Positions 36,141 to 46,088 of a stretch of 64,000 nucleotides of DNA are shown one piece after another. Position numbers and translations under genes: made by a program. The stretch covers positions 1 through 64,000 of the IMG/VR virus record IMGVR_UViG_3300037583_000003; one strand, written 5' to 3'. The notes beneath the pieces are model-generated. The model was given only the letters and a program-made list of their open reading frames with translations, was not told the DNA's origin and did no database searches. Source of the stretch: a virus. Position 1 is the first letter of the stretch. The number at the start of each line of letters is the position of its first letter.

Positions 36141-37091
36141 ATGTATCCACATATCGTCACAAACTCAACATTAACTATTATCCTAGATGGTGTACCTAAC
36201 ACTATTGAGGATAGCCATACAAACTACCTAGAGGCACTAGAGATTGCCCGTATAGAAACCCCATCTAAGGAATTAGACGAACACCTACTAGAACTAGTCA
36301 AACCAATCAAACAATTCACTCGTATCTTTGGCTCTGACGTTACTGGCTTCTACATGGTCAATGACGTCCTACAGTGCAAGGTACAAGGGAAGGTTTTCAC
36401 TTTACCAGAAACACTTTACGCTCAAGTACTAAGTATCTACAGAGAAGGTGGAAACTTACAACCACTCTACAACTTTGTAGTTAAGCTATCTAAAAACCCA
36501 AGACAAGAGGTAGTACGTGAGTTATGGGACTTTATCTACTCCTGTGGTCTAGCTCTAACCAAATCAGGAAACTTTCTAGCTTACAAGAATGTTAATACCA
36601 ACTTTAAGGACATCTACACTAACACTATGGACAATTCTCCAGGATCTACCCTCAAGATGGATAGATCAGAAGTAGAACACAACCCTGATGTAACTTGTGC
36701 TAGAGGCTTACACTTTGCTGCTTGGGGTTACTTGAAACACTATGCACATGGAGGAAGAACAGTAATCTTGTCTATCTCCCCTAAAAATGTAGTATCTATT
36801 CCTACAGACTATAACAACATGAAAGGTAGAGCTTACAAATACAAGGTACTCCGTGAAGTAGAACAGCCAGAGGAGTTAAAAGCAAAGTCTGTATGGTCTG
36901 ATTACCACACTAGGCTTGACGAATGGCAAGACAACATGGATGTTAAACCAGACTTCAATGGTTTAGTAGAGGTAGAATTTGTCAATGGCTATAGTATTAA
37001 GAGTGAAATAACCCCTCTTACTTGGGGTATTTGCCCAGATACCGAATGGGACGTTGCTAGGTTCAAACTCTTAGAACTCTACAACGAATGA
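36141..37091 (+). CDS. rIIB: rIIB-like protein
   Basis: KNP, GNFLAYK.V, M.R..V, TCARGLH, VVSIPTDYNNMKGR; follows rIIA. Confidence 0.9.
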   Translation: MYPHIVTNSTLTIILDGVPNTIEDSHTNYLEALEIARIETPSKELDEHLLELVKPIKQFTRIFGSDVTGFYMVNDVLQCKVQGKVFTLPETLYAQVLSIYREGGNLQPLYNFVVKLSKNPRQEVVRELWDFIYSCGLALTKSGNFLAYKNVNTNFKDIYTNTMDNSPGSTLKMDRSEVEHNPDVTCARGLHFAAWGYLKHYAHGGRTVILSISPKNVVSIPTDYNNMKGRAYKYKVLREVEQPEELKAKSVWSDYHTRLDEWQDNMDVKPDFNGLVEVEFVNGYSIKSEITPLTWGICPDTEWDVARFKLLELYNE

Positions 37092-37900
37092 TAGTCCAAC
37101 CACTATCAGATCTACACTTAGATAGCTACTTCCCCTCGTTGACACCAACAGACGAGGAGTTAGCTTACTTCTGTAACCAAAAGCTTACCTCAACAGGCAA
37201 CATCGACGTATTCACAATAGCTGGTGACTTAAGCCATTCTGACACTCTAACAGGTATATTCCTCAACTACCTAGTAAGGCAATACAACGCTCATGTAGTT
37301 TTCACCTACGGTAACCATGATCTATACCTAATAGGTGAACACAAAGACCTAGCTGATTCTTGGGAACGTATCATCAATCTACAGGTTATGTTCCACAAGT
37401 CACCTAAGATACATTTCCTAAATGGAGACTACGTAGATATTGATGGAATTAGATTCGGTGGACTATGCAACTGGTATGACGGTGGTTCTAGAAAGTACCA
37501 TCCACTACTAGACTACTTCTGGAGACAAGAAATCAATGACTTCAGGTACATAAAGCTAGGTACTAGAGGAGACGTTAGCATTCAAGGTATTCGTACAGCT
37601 ATGTCGCCCAAAGACCAACTAATGTCCTTACGCAACGCTAACTGTGACTACCTACTAGCTCACGTCTGTCCTATACAAGACACAGATCTAGTAACTGAGG
37701 AATACAGAAGATCACTCACTAACGGATTCTTCTTCTCAGACGACCTAAACCTATTAGGCAACCCTAAGTTACGCTACCTACAGTTTGGACATACTCACAG
37801 TAGGGTATCAAAGCAATACGACAACTTCATAGCCTTTAATGCAGCCATCGGTTACAAGGGAGAGTGTCGTTTTCAACCACCCCAAACAATAACCCTTTAA
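37088..37900 (+). CDS. Calcineurin-like metallophosphoesterase
   Basis: SDLH, AGD, GNHD, H..P, FGHTH. Confidence 0.9.
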   Translation: MIVQPLSDLHLDSYFPSLTPTDEELAYFCNQKLTSTGNIDVFTIAGDLSHSDTLTGIFLNYLVRQYNAHVVFTYGNHDLYLIGEHKDLADSWERIINLQVMFHKSPKIHFLNGDYVDIDGIRFGGLCNWYDGGSRKYHPLLDYFWRQEINDFRYIKLGTRGDVSIQGIRTAMSPKDQLMSLRNANCDYLLAHVCPIQDTDLVTEEYRRSLTNGFFFSDDLNLLGNPKLRYLQFGHTHSRVSKQYDNFIAFNAAIGYKGECRFQPPQTITL

Positions 37901-37910
37901 GGAGCATACT

Positions 37911-38429
37911 ATGGCAACTATTATAGCAGCAATGACATTAGATGGAGGTATAGGCTACAAAGGCAACCTACTAGTAGATGACCCTATTGACATGTACCAA
38001 TTCAGGCTACAAACCACTAATCAAGTAGTCATAATGGGACGTAACACCTATGAGTCGTTACCCAATGGATTTCTGCCTAACAGAGTAAACTTAATCGTAA
38101 CATCCTGCAAGGAGCTACATAAGAAGTACCCTGATCAAACCTTTACCTCCCTAACTAAAGCCCTATACTACGCTGGAACTATACCTGAAAAGGAAACTTT
38201 CATCATAGGTGGGGGGCAACTATACAAAGAAGCAATCACATTACCTCACGCACACAAACTCATCCTAACTGAACACTACACATACCCAGACAATAGTGAT
38301 ACATTCTTTCCGCCTATACCTAAGAACTTTAAACTAACCAAATCTATACCTTACTACCTAGCAGACGAAGACAATGGTTGTGGCATACACGCTAAGATAA
38401 ACTTCTATACCCGTAGGTACAACGTATGA
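37911..38429 (+). CDS. folA: Dihydrofolate reductase
   Basis: IAA....GIG, D...F, VIMGRNTYESLP..LPNR, FIIGGGQLY, DTFFP. Confidence 0.93.
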   Translation: MATIIAAMTLDGGIGYKGNLLVDDPIDMYQFRLQTTNQVVIMGRNTYESLPNGFLPNRVNLIVTSCKELHKKYPDQTFTSLTKALYYAGTIPEKETFIIGGGQLYKEAITLPHAHKLILTEHYTYPDNSDTFFPPIPKNFKLTKSIPYYLADEDNGCGIHAKINFYTRRYNV

Positions 38430-38665
38430 CAGCTCATAACCATCTAACCCCTAGAACTCCTAGTAAACCATTCTTCGATGTAGGTAACTACGCTGTACTT
38501 TGGTACAACAAGGAGTTCAAGCACGTAGCTACAGAACTTAGTGAACTTAACCGTATTGACCTAATAGCTCAATCTAACGAGGTACTTAAGCGTTACTCTA
38601 CAAGACATAGCTTTGTTATCGTCTTAGTATGCCACAGCTCTCTAACCTCACCTTGGTGTCCCTGA
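38426..38665 (+). CDS. Hypothetical protein
   Basis: ATGA overlap. Confidence 0.55.
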   Translation: MTAHNHLTPRTPSKPFFDVGNYAVLWYNKEFKHVATELSELNRIDLIAQSNEVLKRYSTRHSFVIVLVCHSSLTSPWCP

Positions 38666-38666
38666 T

Positions 38667-38912
38667 ATGCCTAAGCAAATTGGAACATTCCGTACAGAGA
38701 TAACTGGGATACCTTGCCAAGTTAAGGTACTACACCACTTCCGTCAGCTACCTTGGACTGGACTAACTCCAGCACCTAGTGACCTAGACTACACTGGTTT
38801 CGTAGAGTTCGACTACTACATACTAGATCGCCTAGGCTACAGAGCTGACTGGCTAAAGTCTAAGATCAACCCAGCAATCGAACGGAGACTACTAGAGGAG
38901 TACGAATCATGA
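38667..38912 (+). CDS. Hypothetical protein
   Basis: GIPCQ...SD.DY.G..E..Y.ILDR.GY.A.WL, a common phage family pattern. Confidence 0.65.
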   Translation: MPKQIGTFRTEITGIPCQVKVLHHFRQLPWTGLTPAPSDLDYTGFVEFDYYILDRLGYRADWLKSKINPAIERRLLEEYES

Positions 38913-39400
38913 GTACAAATAAAGAATCTACTGCTGAACTAGCCTCAGAGTACATTATCGTAGACTACGTATCCTGTGCAGAACCTGATGGTTGTCCTAG
39001 ATCTAGCTACCTACACTTCGCCACACTAGAGGAATGTGAAGAATGGGTAGGCAGTAAGAAAGGTACTATGAACTCTAATGACTTTCAGATAATGAAAGTA
39101 CACCATCTAGAAAGTAGCACACCCTCTAGGAAACTAGTGACTTACGATCCAGTAGTAATCCTCGACGTAGAGAGTAACTTAATTGGGTTTTCTATATTCA
39201 CTAGGTTTGAAAACCAACAGGTACACTACTTAGATGACAATGTAAAAGGTGCTAGTACCACTAAGTACTGGCAGTACCTAGACCACTGGGAGCTACAGCA
39301 TACGGAGTTACTAAAGTCTACTAAGCCTAATAGGCATTGGGTACGACACGTAAGTGACACATTCAAAGGAGGAGACTTTAATAAAATAGCTAGTTTATAG
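38909..39400 (+). CDS. Hypothetical protein (paralog of 39451)
   Basis: EY.I.DY....DGC...T.EECE.W...RKL..(Y/F)DPVV. Confidence 0.7.
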   Translation: MSTNKESTAELASEYIIVDYVSCAEPDGCPRSSYLHFATLEECEEWVGSKKGTMNSNDFQIMKVHHLESSTPSRKLVTYDPVVILDVESNLIGFSIFTRFENQQVHYLDDNVKGASTTKYWQYLDHWELQHTELLKSTKPNRHWVRHVSDTFKGGDFNKIASL

Positions 39401-39450
39401 TTACTAAGTCAGCCACACTTCCCCAAAGCCAAATCAAAAAGGAGCTATCT

Positions 39451-39951
39451 ATGGATCTTATAGAAGACAAATCAGAAACTACTGAGTATCAAATACACGA
39501 TTACACAGGGGTAGACTTTGATGGTTGCCAAGAAACCATAGTATCTTGCACTACTAAAGAGGAGTGTGAAGCTTGGATCAGAAGAAACAACGGTAGAGTT
39601 GGCGCACTAGACTACGACATTATCAAGCTAACTTGTATGTCAAGTAGTATTGAATGCAGGAAACTTGAAAGGTTTGATCCTGTAGTAGTACTGTTTTCTG
39701 ATACTGATCTTGTTAAGTTCACTACTGCAATCGTAGTCGAGGGTGACTATCTATATTACGAGCATAATCCTGTTAACACCTGCTCTAGGTGTAGACTTAG
39801 GACTCGTACAAAAAACTGGGAGTTTATGGACGTATGGGAAGAAAACAACGTAGACAGACTACTTGACACAGCTGGAGACAGGGAGTTCATAAAAGCAGTG
39901 TCTAAAAGACGTAAAGTTATGAGTGGTAAACTATGCTCCGAACTAGTATAA
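39451..39951 (+). CDS. Hypothetical protein (paralog of 38909)
   Basis: Same motifs as 38909. Confidence 0.7.
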   Translation: MDLIEDKSETTEYQIHDYTGVDFDGCQETIVSCTTKEECEAWIRRNNGRVGALDYDIIKLTCMSSSIECRKLERFDPVVVLFSDTDLVKFTTAIVVEGDYLYYEHNPVNTCSRCRLRTRTKNWEFMDVWEENNVDRLLDTAGDREFIKAVSKRRKVMSGKLCSELV

Positions 39952-40307
39952 CTAACAAAGTACTAACTCACGATAACTACAGCGACTGGGAAAACGTATG
40001 TCCTCATAAAAGTAGGTGGGTAGTTTCCTACTACAACAAGAACAACCCATACTGGACTTACCCTCAAGCACTAGTACTCGCCAAAAGTTTACACCTAAAC
40101 TATACATTAGCTGAGTCTTGTTACAACGAGCTAGAGGAACTTAAACAATTCAACAACCCTGTCAAAGGATACTACCCCATAAGAGTAGTAGACTTTCTAG
40201 GTAACGAATACACAACCATAGCTGCTAGTCTTAACAACAACAGTAGAGCAGTCTACCTAAACCCCTTCACGATGGACATACCACCGTCACTAGGAGAACT
40301 AATTTGA
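39933..40307 (+). CDS. Hypothetical protein
   Basis: ORF track. Confidence 0.55.
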   Translation: MLRTSITNKVLTHDNYSDWENVCPHKSRWVVSYYNKNNPYWTYPQALVLAKSLHLNYTLAESCYNELEELKQFNNPVKGYYPIRVVDFLGNEYTTIAASLNNNSRAVYLNPFTMDIPPSLGELI

Positions 40308-41137
40308 AACAATACCATGAACTACTAACAAACATCAAACTACACGGTACACCTAAAAGTGACCGTACTGGGACTGGAACTACTTCTCTATTTGGGACTC
40401 AGATGAGGTTTGACTTATCTCTAGGATTCCCTCTAGTTACTACAAAGAAACTCCACTTCCCCTCCATCTTACACGAACTACTGTGGTTTCTTCGAGGAGA
40501 CACTAACATCTCCTACTTGAAGGAAAACAAAGTACGTATCTGGAACGAGTGGGCTACAGAGAATGGTGACATAGGTCCACTATACGGTAAGCAATGGACT
40601 TGTTGGGCTAACCCAGATGGATCTACAATCAACCAAATCCAGCAAGCAGTTGACCTAATCAAATCTAATCCTAACAGTAGACGAATTATAGTAACAGCTT
40701 GGAATCCATCAGATCTACCAGACGAATCTATAAGCCCACAGGAGAACGTACACAACGGCAAGATGGCTTTAGCTACCTGTCACTCATTCTTCCAGTTCTA
40801 CGTATCCAACAATCAACTATCCTTACAACTGTACCAACGTAGTGGTGATGCATTTCTAGGTATCGCTTACAACCTAGCCTCATACTCCATACTTCTACAT
40901 ATGATGGCACAACAAACTAACCTAGAGGTAGGTTGCTTCATACACACCATAGGTGATGCACACATCTACAATAACCACCAAGAACAGGTTGACCTACAAC
41001 TATCTAGAACCCCAACAAAACTACCAACGTTAACAATCAATCGCAAACCTAATAGTATCTTCGACTACAAGTTTGAAGACTTCACATTACACGATTACAA
41101 CCCTCATCCTCATATAGCAGGTAAGGTAGCAATCTAA
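40304..41137 (+). CDS. thyA: Thymidylate synthase (TTG start)
   Basis: [25 protein letters not shown]...AWNP, MALATCH, YQRSGD..LG..YN, GDAHIY. Confidence 0.95.
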   Translation: MKQYHELLTNIKLHGTPKSDRTGTGTTSLFGTQMRFDLSLGFPLVTTKKLHFPSILHELLWFLRGDTNISYLKENKVRIWNEWATENGDIGPLYGKQWTCWANPDGSTINQIQQAVDLIKSNPNSRRIIVTAWNPSDLPDESISPQENVHNGKMALATCHSFFQFYVSNNQLSLQLYQRSGDAFLGIAYNLASYSILLHMMAQQTNLEVGCFIHTIGDAHIYNNHQEQVDLQLSRTPTKLPTLTINRKPNSIFDYKFEDFTLHDYNPHPHIAGKVAI

Positions 41138-41152
41138 CTACAGGAACAACTC

Positions 41153-43429
41153 ATGCTAGAAATACTAAGAGATGAGCTAACAACCCTAGGTGCATTTAAC
41201 TCACCCTCAAACAGGATAGTAGCTAGCTTAACAGACACAATAGCCGAAACTAACATCCCTGAGAAGGTTAAGATAACTATTGCACTATCCCACCTAACAA
41301 ACTTTGCTGGGCAATTCAGACGTAACCTAGAGTTATGGGATGGAACTCCAGTACCTATTAACAGTATCTCTTTCATATTCCTAGGTTCTGGTGGAGGTAA
41401 AGACTTATGTAACGGAGCTATCAAGAAGTGTTTCTCAGATGCATACAAACACATCAACGAAGTATTAGAAGAAGAGACTAAAGCAGAAGCAATCTCCCTA
41501 GCTACTAAAGCAGGAGAGGATTCACCTAACCTTCCACAAGTCTACAACGACTACTTAACACCAATCCCTCCACTACGTACTAGCATCACTACAGGACCTG
41601 GACTAGTTCAACTAGCTAATGACGTAAGTAAACTCCCTCTAGGCAGTACATTCGTATACTCTGGTGAGTTTGCAGACGAACTAGCCCACAATGCTAATAC
41701 AACAGAGAACATCAAGATACTATCAGAAGTCTACGATCTAGGTAACAAGGAAGCTACATACAACAAAGGTATAGAATCCAGAGCAGGTGAGATCAACGGA
41801 GCTTCTATGTCAGCACTCTTCGTTAGCTCACCTGACCAACTACTCTATGACGAGAATACAAGAAAACGTTTTATGGTTGCATTCTCCTCAAAGCTAGCTA
41901 GACGTTCTTGGTTAGCCTTCCACCCAGAAGATGTACCAGCAGAGTCTTTCTCCTCCAGCAAGAAACTTATAGCTCATGTCTTTGAGACAGAGAAACGTTC
42001 ACAAGTAGCTAGAGACAAAACTAAACTCTTAGTGGAGGACATTACTAACTTCGGTCTAGAGACTAACAACACACTCATAACTTTATCTGATGACATATTT
42101 GGTACATTCACCATATACAAAAGATACAACTACGAGCTAGTATCCAAACTACCTAACAAAGAATCTATCTACGCCCTAATCAGAACCCATCTCCAGTGGA
42201 AAGCCCTAAAACTAGCTGGAGCACTTGCATTCATGGATAGATCAGACGTTGTAGAACTAGAACACTACGTAGAAGCTATTAGATTCTGTGAGCTACTAGA
42301 CAGAGACATGGAGGCGTTTGAGACTGTACTAAACAAGTCACCTCACGAACAATTTGCAGACTACGCTAAAACAACTGTAGTACTTCACGATGACTCATCA
42401 CTGCCTTACTCAGTAATCACAGCACATGAGTTAAAAAAGAGAGGATTCCTGACAGGGGTAACAAAAACAAAACTACAAGAACTAGTTAGTTTAGCTACAG
42501 GTTATAACTTAGATGGAGTATACACGTTACATAATAACGAGACCTCTATCAGATATGAGCCTATAGTAAAAACTGATGAACTAGTAGTCTCATTCAAACC
42601 TATAGACAACTCCAGACTAAACAAAGCAATCCTGGATAACGAGCCTACCGAAGTAGTATCCAAGATCAAGCAATCAATAGCTTCAACTACGTCTACAGGT
42701 TTAGTTACAGAAGAGAGTACTTTCTCAGAACTTATTTACCTACTTCAAGGTGACTACGCCTACTCCCCCTTTAAGTTCACTAACGGTACTAGAGGTAAGG
42801 ATAACGTAGTAGGTGGAACTAAGTGGTTAGTACTTGACGTAGACAAGTCTTCCTTATCTTACGAAGAAGTTCACTTCATGTTATCTGACATTAACCACCA
42901 CGTAGCACTGTCTAGTGATCCTGCTAACGAATACAAATTCAGAGTCCTAATAGAACTAGATGCTACCGTAGAGCTACCTAATGTAGACTGGAAGATTTTC
43001 TACTCCCTAATAGCTAACGATCTAGCTATAGTAGTAGATCCATTACCCCAGTCACAGATATTCTTCAGTTACGCTGGTAGACCAACCTTATCAGTTACAG
43101 ATGCTACCCCATTAGCCGTTAGACCTTACCTAATAACCACTAGCGAAACTCTAGTAACTAAAGCTAAACCAACTGCTAGTCTATCCACTAAACAACAGTC
43201 AGCTCTCCTACAAGACAGCTTAGAGACATTCCACTACGCTTTTAACGCAGAGAACGGTAGTGGCTCTAGAAACCTAATAAGAGCAGCTTACCACTCCCAG
43301 CACTTAGGAGCTTCACTAGACGAGACACTCACATTACTGCAAGACGTAAGTAACTACTGGACTGTCCCTATGGAGGAATCTAGACTGGACAAAATACTAT
43401 CACAAGTTAGGAGATTCTATGACAACTGA
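41153..43429 (+). CDS. Primase/helicase-like replication protein (P-loop N-domain, AEP-like C-domain)
   Basis: GSGGGKD P-loop; C-terminal WLVLDVD and KFRVLIEL, as in AEP/RepA-type primases; replication cluster context. Confidence 0.65.
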   Translation: MLEILRDELTTLGAFNSPSNRIVASLTDTIAETNIPEKVKITIALSHLTNFAGQFRRNLELWDGTPVPINSISFIFLGSGGGKDLCNGAIKKCFSDAYKHINEVLEEETKAEAISLATKAGEDSPNLPQVYNDYLTPIPPLRTSITTGPGLVQLANDVSKLPLGSTFVYSGEFADELAHNANTTENIKILSEVYDLGNKEATYNKGIESRAGEINGASMSALFVSSPDQLLYDENTRKRFMVAFSSKLARRSWLAFHPEDVPAESFSSSKKLIAHVFETEKRSQVARDKTKLLVEDITNFGLETNNTLITLSDDIFGTFTIYKRYNYELVSKLPNKESIYALIRTHLQWKALKLAGALAFMDRSDVVELEHYVEAIRFCELLDRDMEAFETVLNKSPHEQFADYAKTTVVLHDDSSLPYSVITAHELKKRGFLTGVTKTKLQELVSLATGYNLDGVYTLHNNETSIRYEPIVKTDELVVSFKPIDNSRLNKAILDNEPTEVVSKIKQSIASTTSTGLVTEESTFSELIYLLQGDYAYSPFKFTNGTRGKDNVVGGTKWLVLDVDKSSLSYEEVHFMLSDINHHVALSSDPANEYKFRVLIELDATVELPNVDWKIFYSLIANDLAIVVDPLPQSQIFFSYAGRPTLSVTDATPLAVRPYLITTSETLVTKAKPTASLSTKQQSALLQDSLETFHYAFNAENGSGSRNLIRAAYHSQHLGASLDETLTLLQDVSNYWTVPMEESRLDKILSQVRRFYDN

Positions 43430-43635
43430 TTCACAAATAACCATCTACACTGGAAACAACCCTACTTTCAGGTTCACTGTCTTTCCTCTGACCCTAGTAA
43501 CGTATTCACCATTAGTGATACAGGTGATTTTATCTCACAAGATCCATCACAAGACCTAGAACTACTAAACTCTGGTTTTAGTGAAGTAGTAGACAGAACT
43601 ATAGCTCTAGGTTTAGGCACATATAAAGGAAAACA

Positions 43636-44463
43636 ATGAAAGAACATGACTATTTTGGCTACAACAGCGGCAAGGGTATTATCCCTGAAGAAGACTTCCG
43701 AATCTCACCATCACAGGTATCTAGGTACTTCAGCGAAACAACTAACTGGTTTCGTGAATTCCTACTAGGTGAGGAGGGTTTCGTAGGTAACACAGCAAGC
43801 AACCTAGGTAACTGTGTACATGCAGGAGCAGAGATGTACGTTAGAGAAGGTGTTGTCCACCACAACCTAATTACAGACTTCATCACTAACCTACCAGAGG
43901 ACATAGACAAGCAACGTATCTTGACTAACTACCCTATCATGTTAGATACGCTGATCTCAGAATACCTACGTTACAACGTACCATCACAAACTGAGTTATT
44001 CCTAACCCACAAGCTAGTTGAAGGTGTATGGGTTGCTGGATCTGTAGATGCTATCAGAGGGTCTAGAATCGTAGACTACAAGACTACATCAGCACTAACA
44101 GCACCAACTAAGATCTCCAGACCCTACTGGTTTCAACAGTGTCTATACGTATGGCTAGCAAGGAAGAATGGTTATTCAATCGACTCCTTTAGTCTAGTCT
44201 TCATAACAGCACCACAAGTGGGTAGGATATCAGAGAAAACTGGTAAGCCACTAAAGGACTACCCTTCTAAGGTAACAGTGTTAACTCACCTAGTTACAGA
44301 CCTAGACATGGAGATCATAGATAACACAGTAAAACTCATAGCTGGATCTGTCAATGTATGGAAATCTAACCCTGAGCTACACTACATTTTAGCTCAAGAC
44401 TACCGTCTAAAACTTCCAGACAAACCAGTAAAATTCATAAGGAGAGCTAAATGCAAGGACTAA
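43636..44463 (+). CDS. PD-(D/E)xK nuclease (RecB/Cas4-like)
   Basis: ISPS, GNCVH, E, GSVD, IVDYKT, QQCLY. Confidence 0.85.
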   Translation: MKEHDYFGYNSGKGIIPEEDFRISPSQVSRYFSETTNWFREFLLGEEGFVGNTASNLGNCVHAGAEMYVREGVVHHNLITDFITNLPEDIDKQRILTNYPIMLDTLISEYLRYNVPSQTELFLTHKLVEGVWVAGSVDAIRGSRIVDYKTTSALTAPTKISRPYWFQQCLYVWLARKNGYSIDSFSLVFITAPQVGRISEKTGKPLKDYPSKVTVLTHLVTDLDMEIIDNTVKLIAGSVNVWKSNPELHYILAQDYRLKLPDKPVKFIRRAKCKD

Positions 44464-44621
44464 CACACCACCCTAAAGGTTCAATGTGTATGGTTTGCTC
44501 AAACAACAAACTTGATGATTGTAAGCACCTAGATTTCCATAAGATGCCAGTCATAGAAAAGTATGACGACATAAAGGTAGTTAGGTGTACTAACTTCAAA
44601 CAAGAAAAACCACACAGGTAA
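44451..44621 (+). CDS. Small Cys-rich protein (56 aa)
   Basis: Manual ORF MQGLTHHPKGSMCMVC...C..LDF.KMPVI...VRCTNF after AAGGAG. Confidence 0.6.
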   Translation: MQGLTHHPKGSMCMVCSNNKLDDCKHLDFHKMPVIEKYDDIKVVRCTNFKQEKPHR

Positions 44622-44651
44622 ATTAACACAACCAACCAAAAGGAGTACTAT

Positions 44652-45317
44652 ATGGCAGTAAAACTGTTAATCTCAGGATTATCCAATACTGGTAAAACAA
44701 CCCTAACTAAGGACTTACAGAATGCCCTAGTTATTAACCACGATGGTAAGGACTACAGCCTTCCTATCCCACACGCTACTATCAAGGAATTCTCACTAGC
44801 ATCTGATATGGTTACATTCATTACAGACAAGATAGAAGCTTACAACAACAAGTTCGGGGATTACCCTGAAACAATTGTAATTGACTCAGCTAGTAGGGTC
44901 TTCAACAGCCTCTATGATGCATGTATTGGAAAATACTCAGGTTTTGACGTCTACACTACCCTAGACAAAGAAATAAAGGAGTTTATTAACTTCCTTGAGT
45001 TGTCTTTATTAGAATCAGACATCAACCTAGTTATCATTAGTCACGCAATATTTGACGATAAAACCAACAGGTTCATCCAAGTAGGTAAAGGTAACTTCAG
45101 TAAGACAGGTGGATTCACATCTATTGTAGACGAAGCTATATTCATTGATGTAAATGGTACTAAACGTACAATCTACTATCGTGAACCTAAGTACTCAGCT
45201 AGAACATTCATTGACGAATTACCTGATAAATGCAAGGCATCAGAATTCAACTTACAAAACCATTTAGACTTATTAACCAAAAGTAGCAATTCAGCTGCGG
45301 AATACGAACTTCAATAA
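44652..45317 (+). CDS. AAA_24 / Sak4-like ATPase
   Basis: GLSNTGKT, IVIDS, VIISH. Confidence 0.85.
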   Translation: MAVKLLISGLSNTGKTTLTKDLQNALVINHDGKDYSLPIPHATIKEFSLASDMVTFITDKIEAYNNKFGDYPETIVIDSASRVFNSLYDACIGKYSGFDVYTTLDKEIKEFINFLELSLLESDINLVIISHAIFDDKTNRFIQVGKGNFSKTGGFTSIVDEAIFIDVNGTKRTIYYREPKYSARTFIDELPDKCKASEFNLQNHLDLLTKSSNSAAEYELQ

Positions 45318-45330
45318 CAGGAATAACAAC

Positions 45331-46020
45331 ATGCAAACTAAAATCTCAACATCAGCAGACACAATCGAAGAAACAACAGGTGCTAACTTTATTGGTAGTT
45401 CTGGGGTATACCCAATCCATATTAACTTCGCCAACTTAACTCCTAGTAACACCAACGGTAGTAAAGCAGAGCAAGTAAACTTCAATATCGACTACAACGG
45501 AAACTCACAAGTACTGTACGGTCCATACGTACAGAAAAAAGATGGTAACGTTAACGAAATCGGATACGGTTTACTAGTAAAACTAGGCGTTATCGCTGGG
45601 ATGGTAGATGGTGATGACTTCCAATTCTCAGAAGAAACTCACCCTGTAGGGAAGGATAACAAACAAACAGACTTCACCGTTATCGACCAATTGTCAGACT
45701 TTTCTGTGTACGTACACGTCCAAGAAGAATACTCACGATACGAAGGCAAAATCAGACAAAACTTAGTCATTAAGGCTTTCTTTGATGAAAATGGAGCTTC
45801 AGCTGAAGAGTTAGTAAATGACGCAGAAATCGGAGCAAGGTTTGCACTTGTAGAAGAGAAGTATGCCAACAACATCACCTACAAAGATGACTTGACAGAA
45901 GATGACATCAAGAAGTGGATTGCAGGTGGTCGTGGTAAGAACTCAGCCACAGACACAGCTACAGCTACAGCCACAGCTAAAAAACCAGCACGAGCTAGCT
46001 TCAAGAGAAACACTAACTAG
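45331..46020 (+). CDS. Putative single-stranded DNA-binding protein
   Basis: Follows the AAA ATPase, acidic, beta-rich N-half, low-complexity tail. Call is by synteny only. Confidence 0.55.
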   Translation: MQTKISTSADTIEETTGANFIGSSGVYPIHINFANLTPSNTNGSKAEQVNFNIDYNGNSQVLYGPYVQKKDGNVNEIGYGLLVKLGVIAGMVDGDDFQFSEETHPVGKDNKQTDFTVIDQLSDFSVYVHVQEEYSRYEGKIRQNLVIKAFFDENGASAEELVNDAEIGARFALVEEKYANNITYKDDLTEDDIKKWIAGGRGKNSATDTATATATAKKPARASFKRNTN

Positions 46021-46030
46021 CAGTTAAACT

Positions 46031-46060
46031 AAGTCTACTTTAGCGAGTAGGCTTACCTTT
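46031..46060 (+). terminator. Hairpin, possible terminator after SSB
   Basis: AAGTCTACT-TTAGCG-AGTAGGCTT with a weak U-tract. Confidence 0.45.
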
Positions 46061-46088
46061 AACAACTACATCAGGAACTAGTTTTAAC

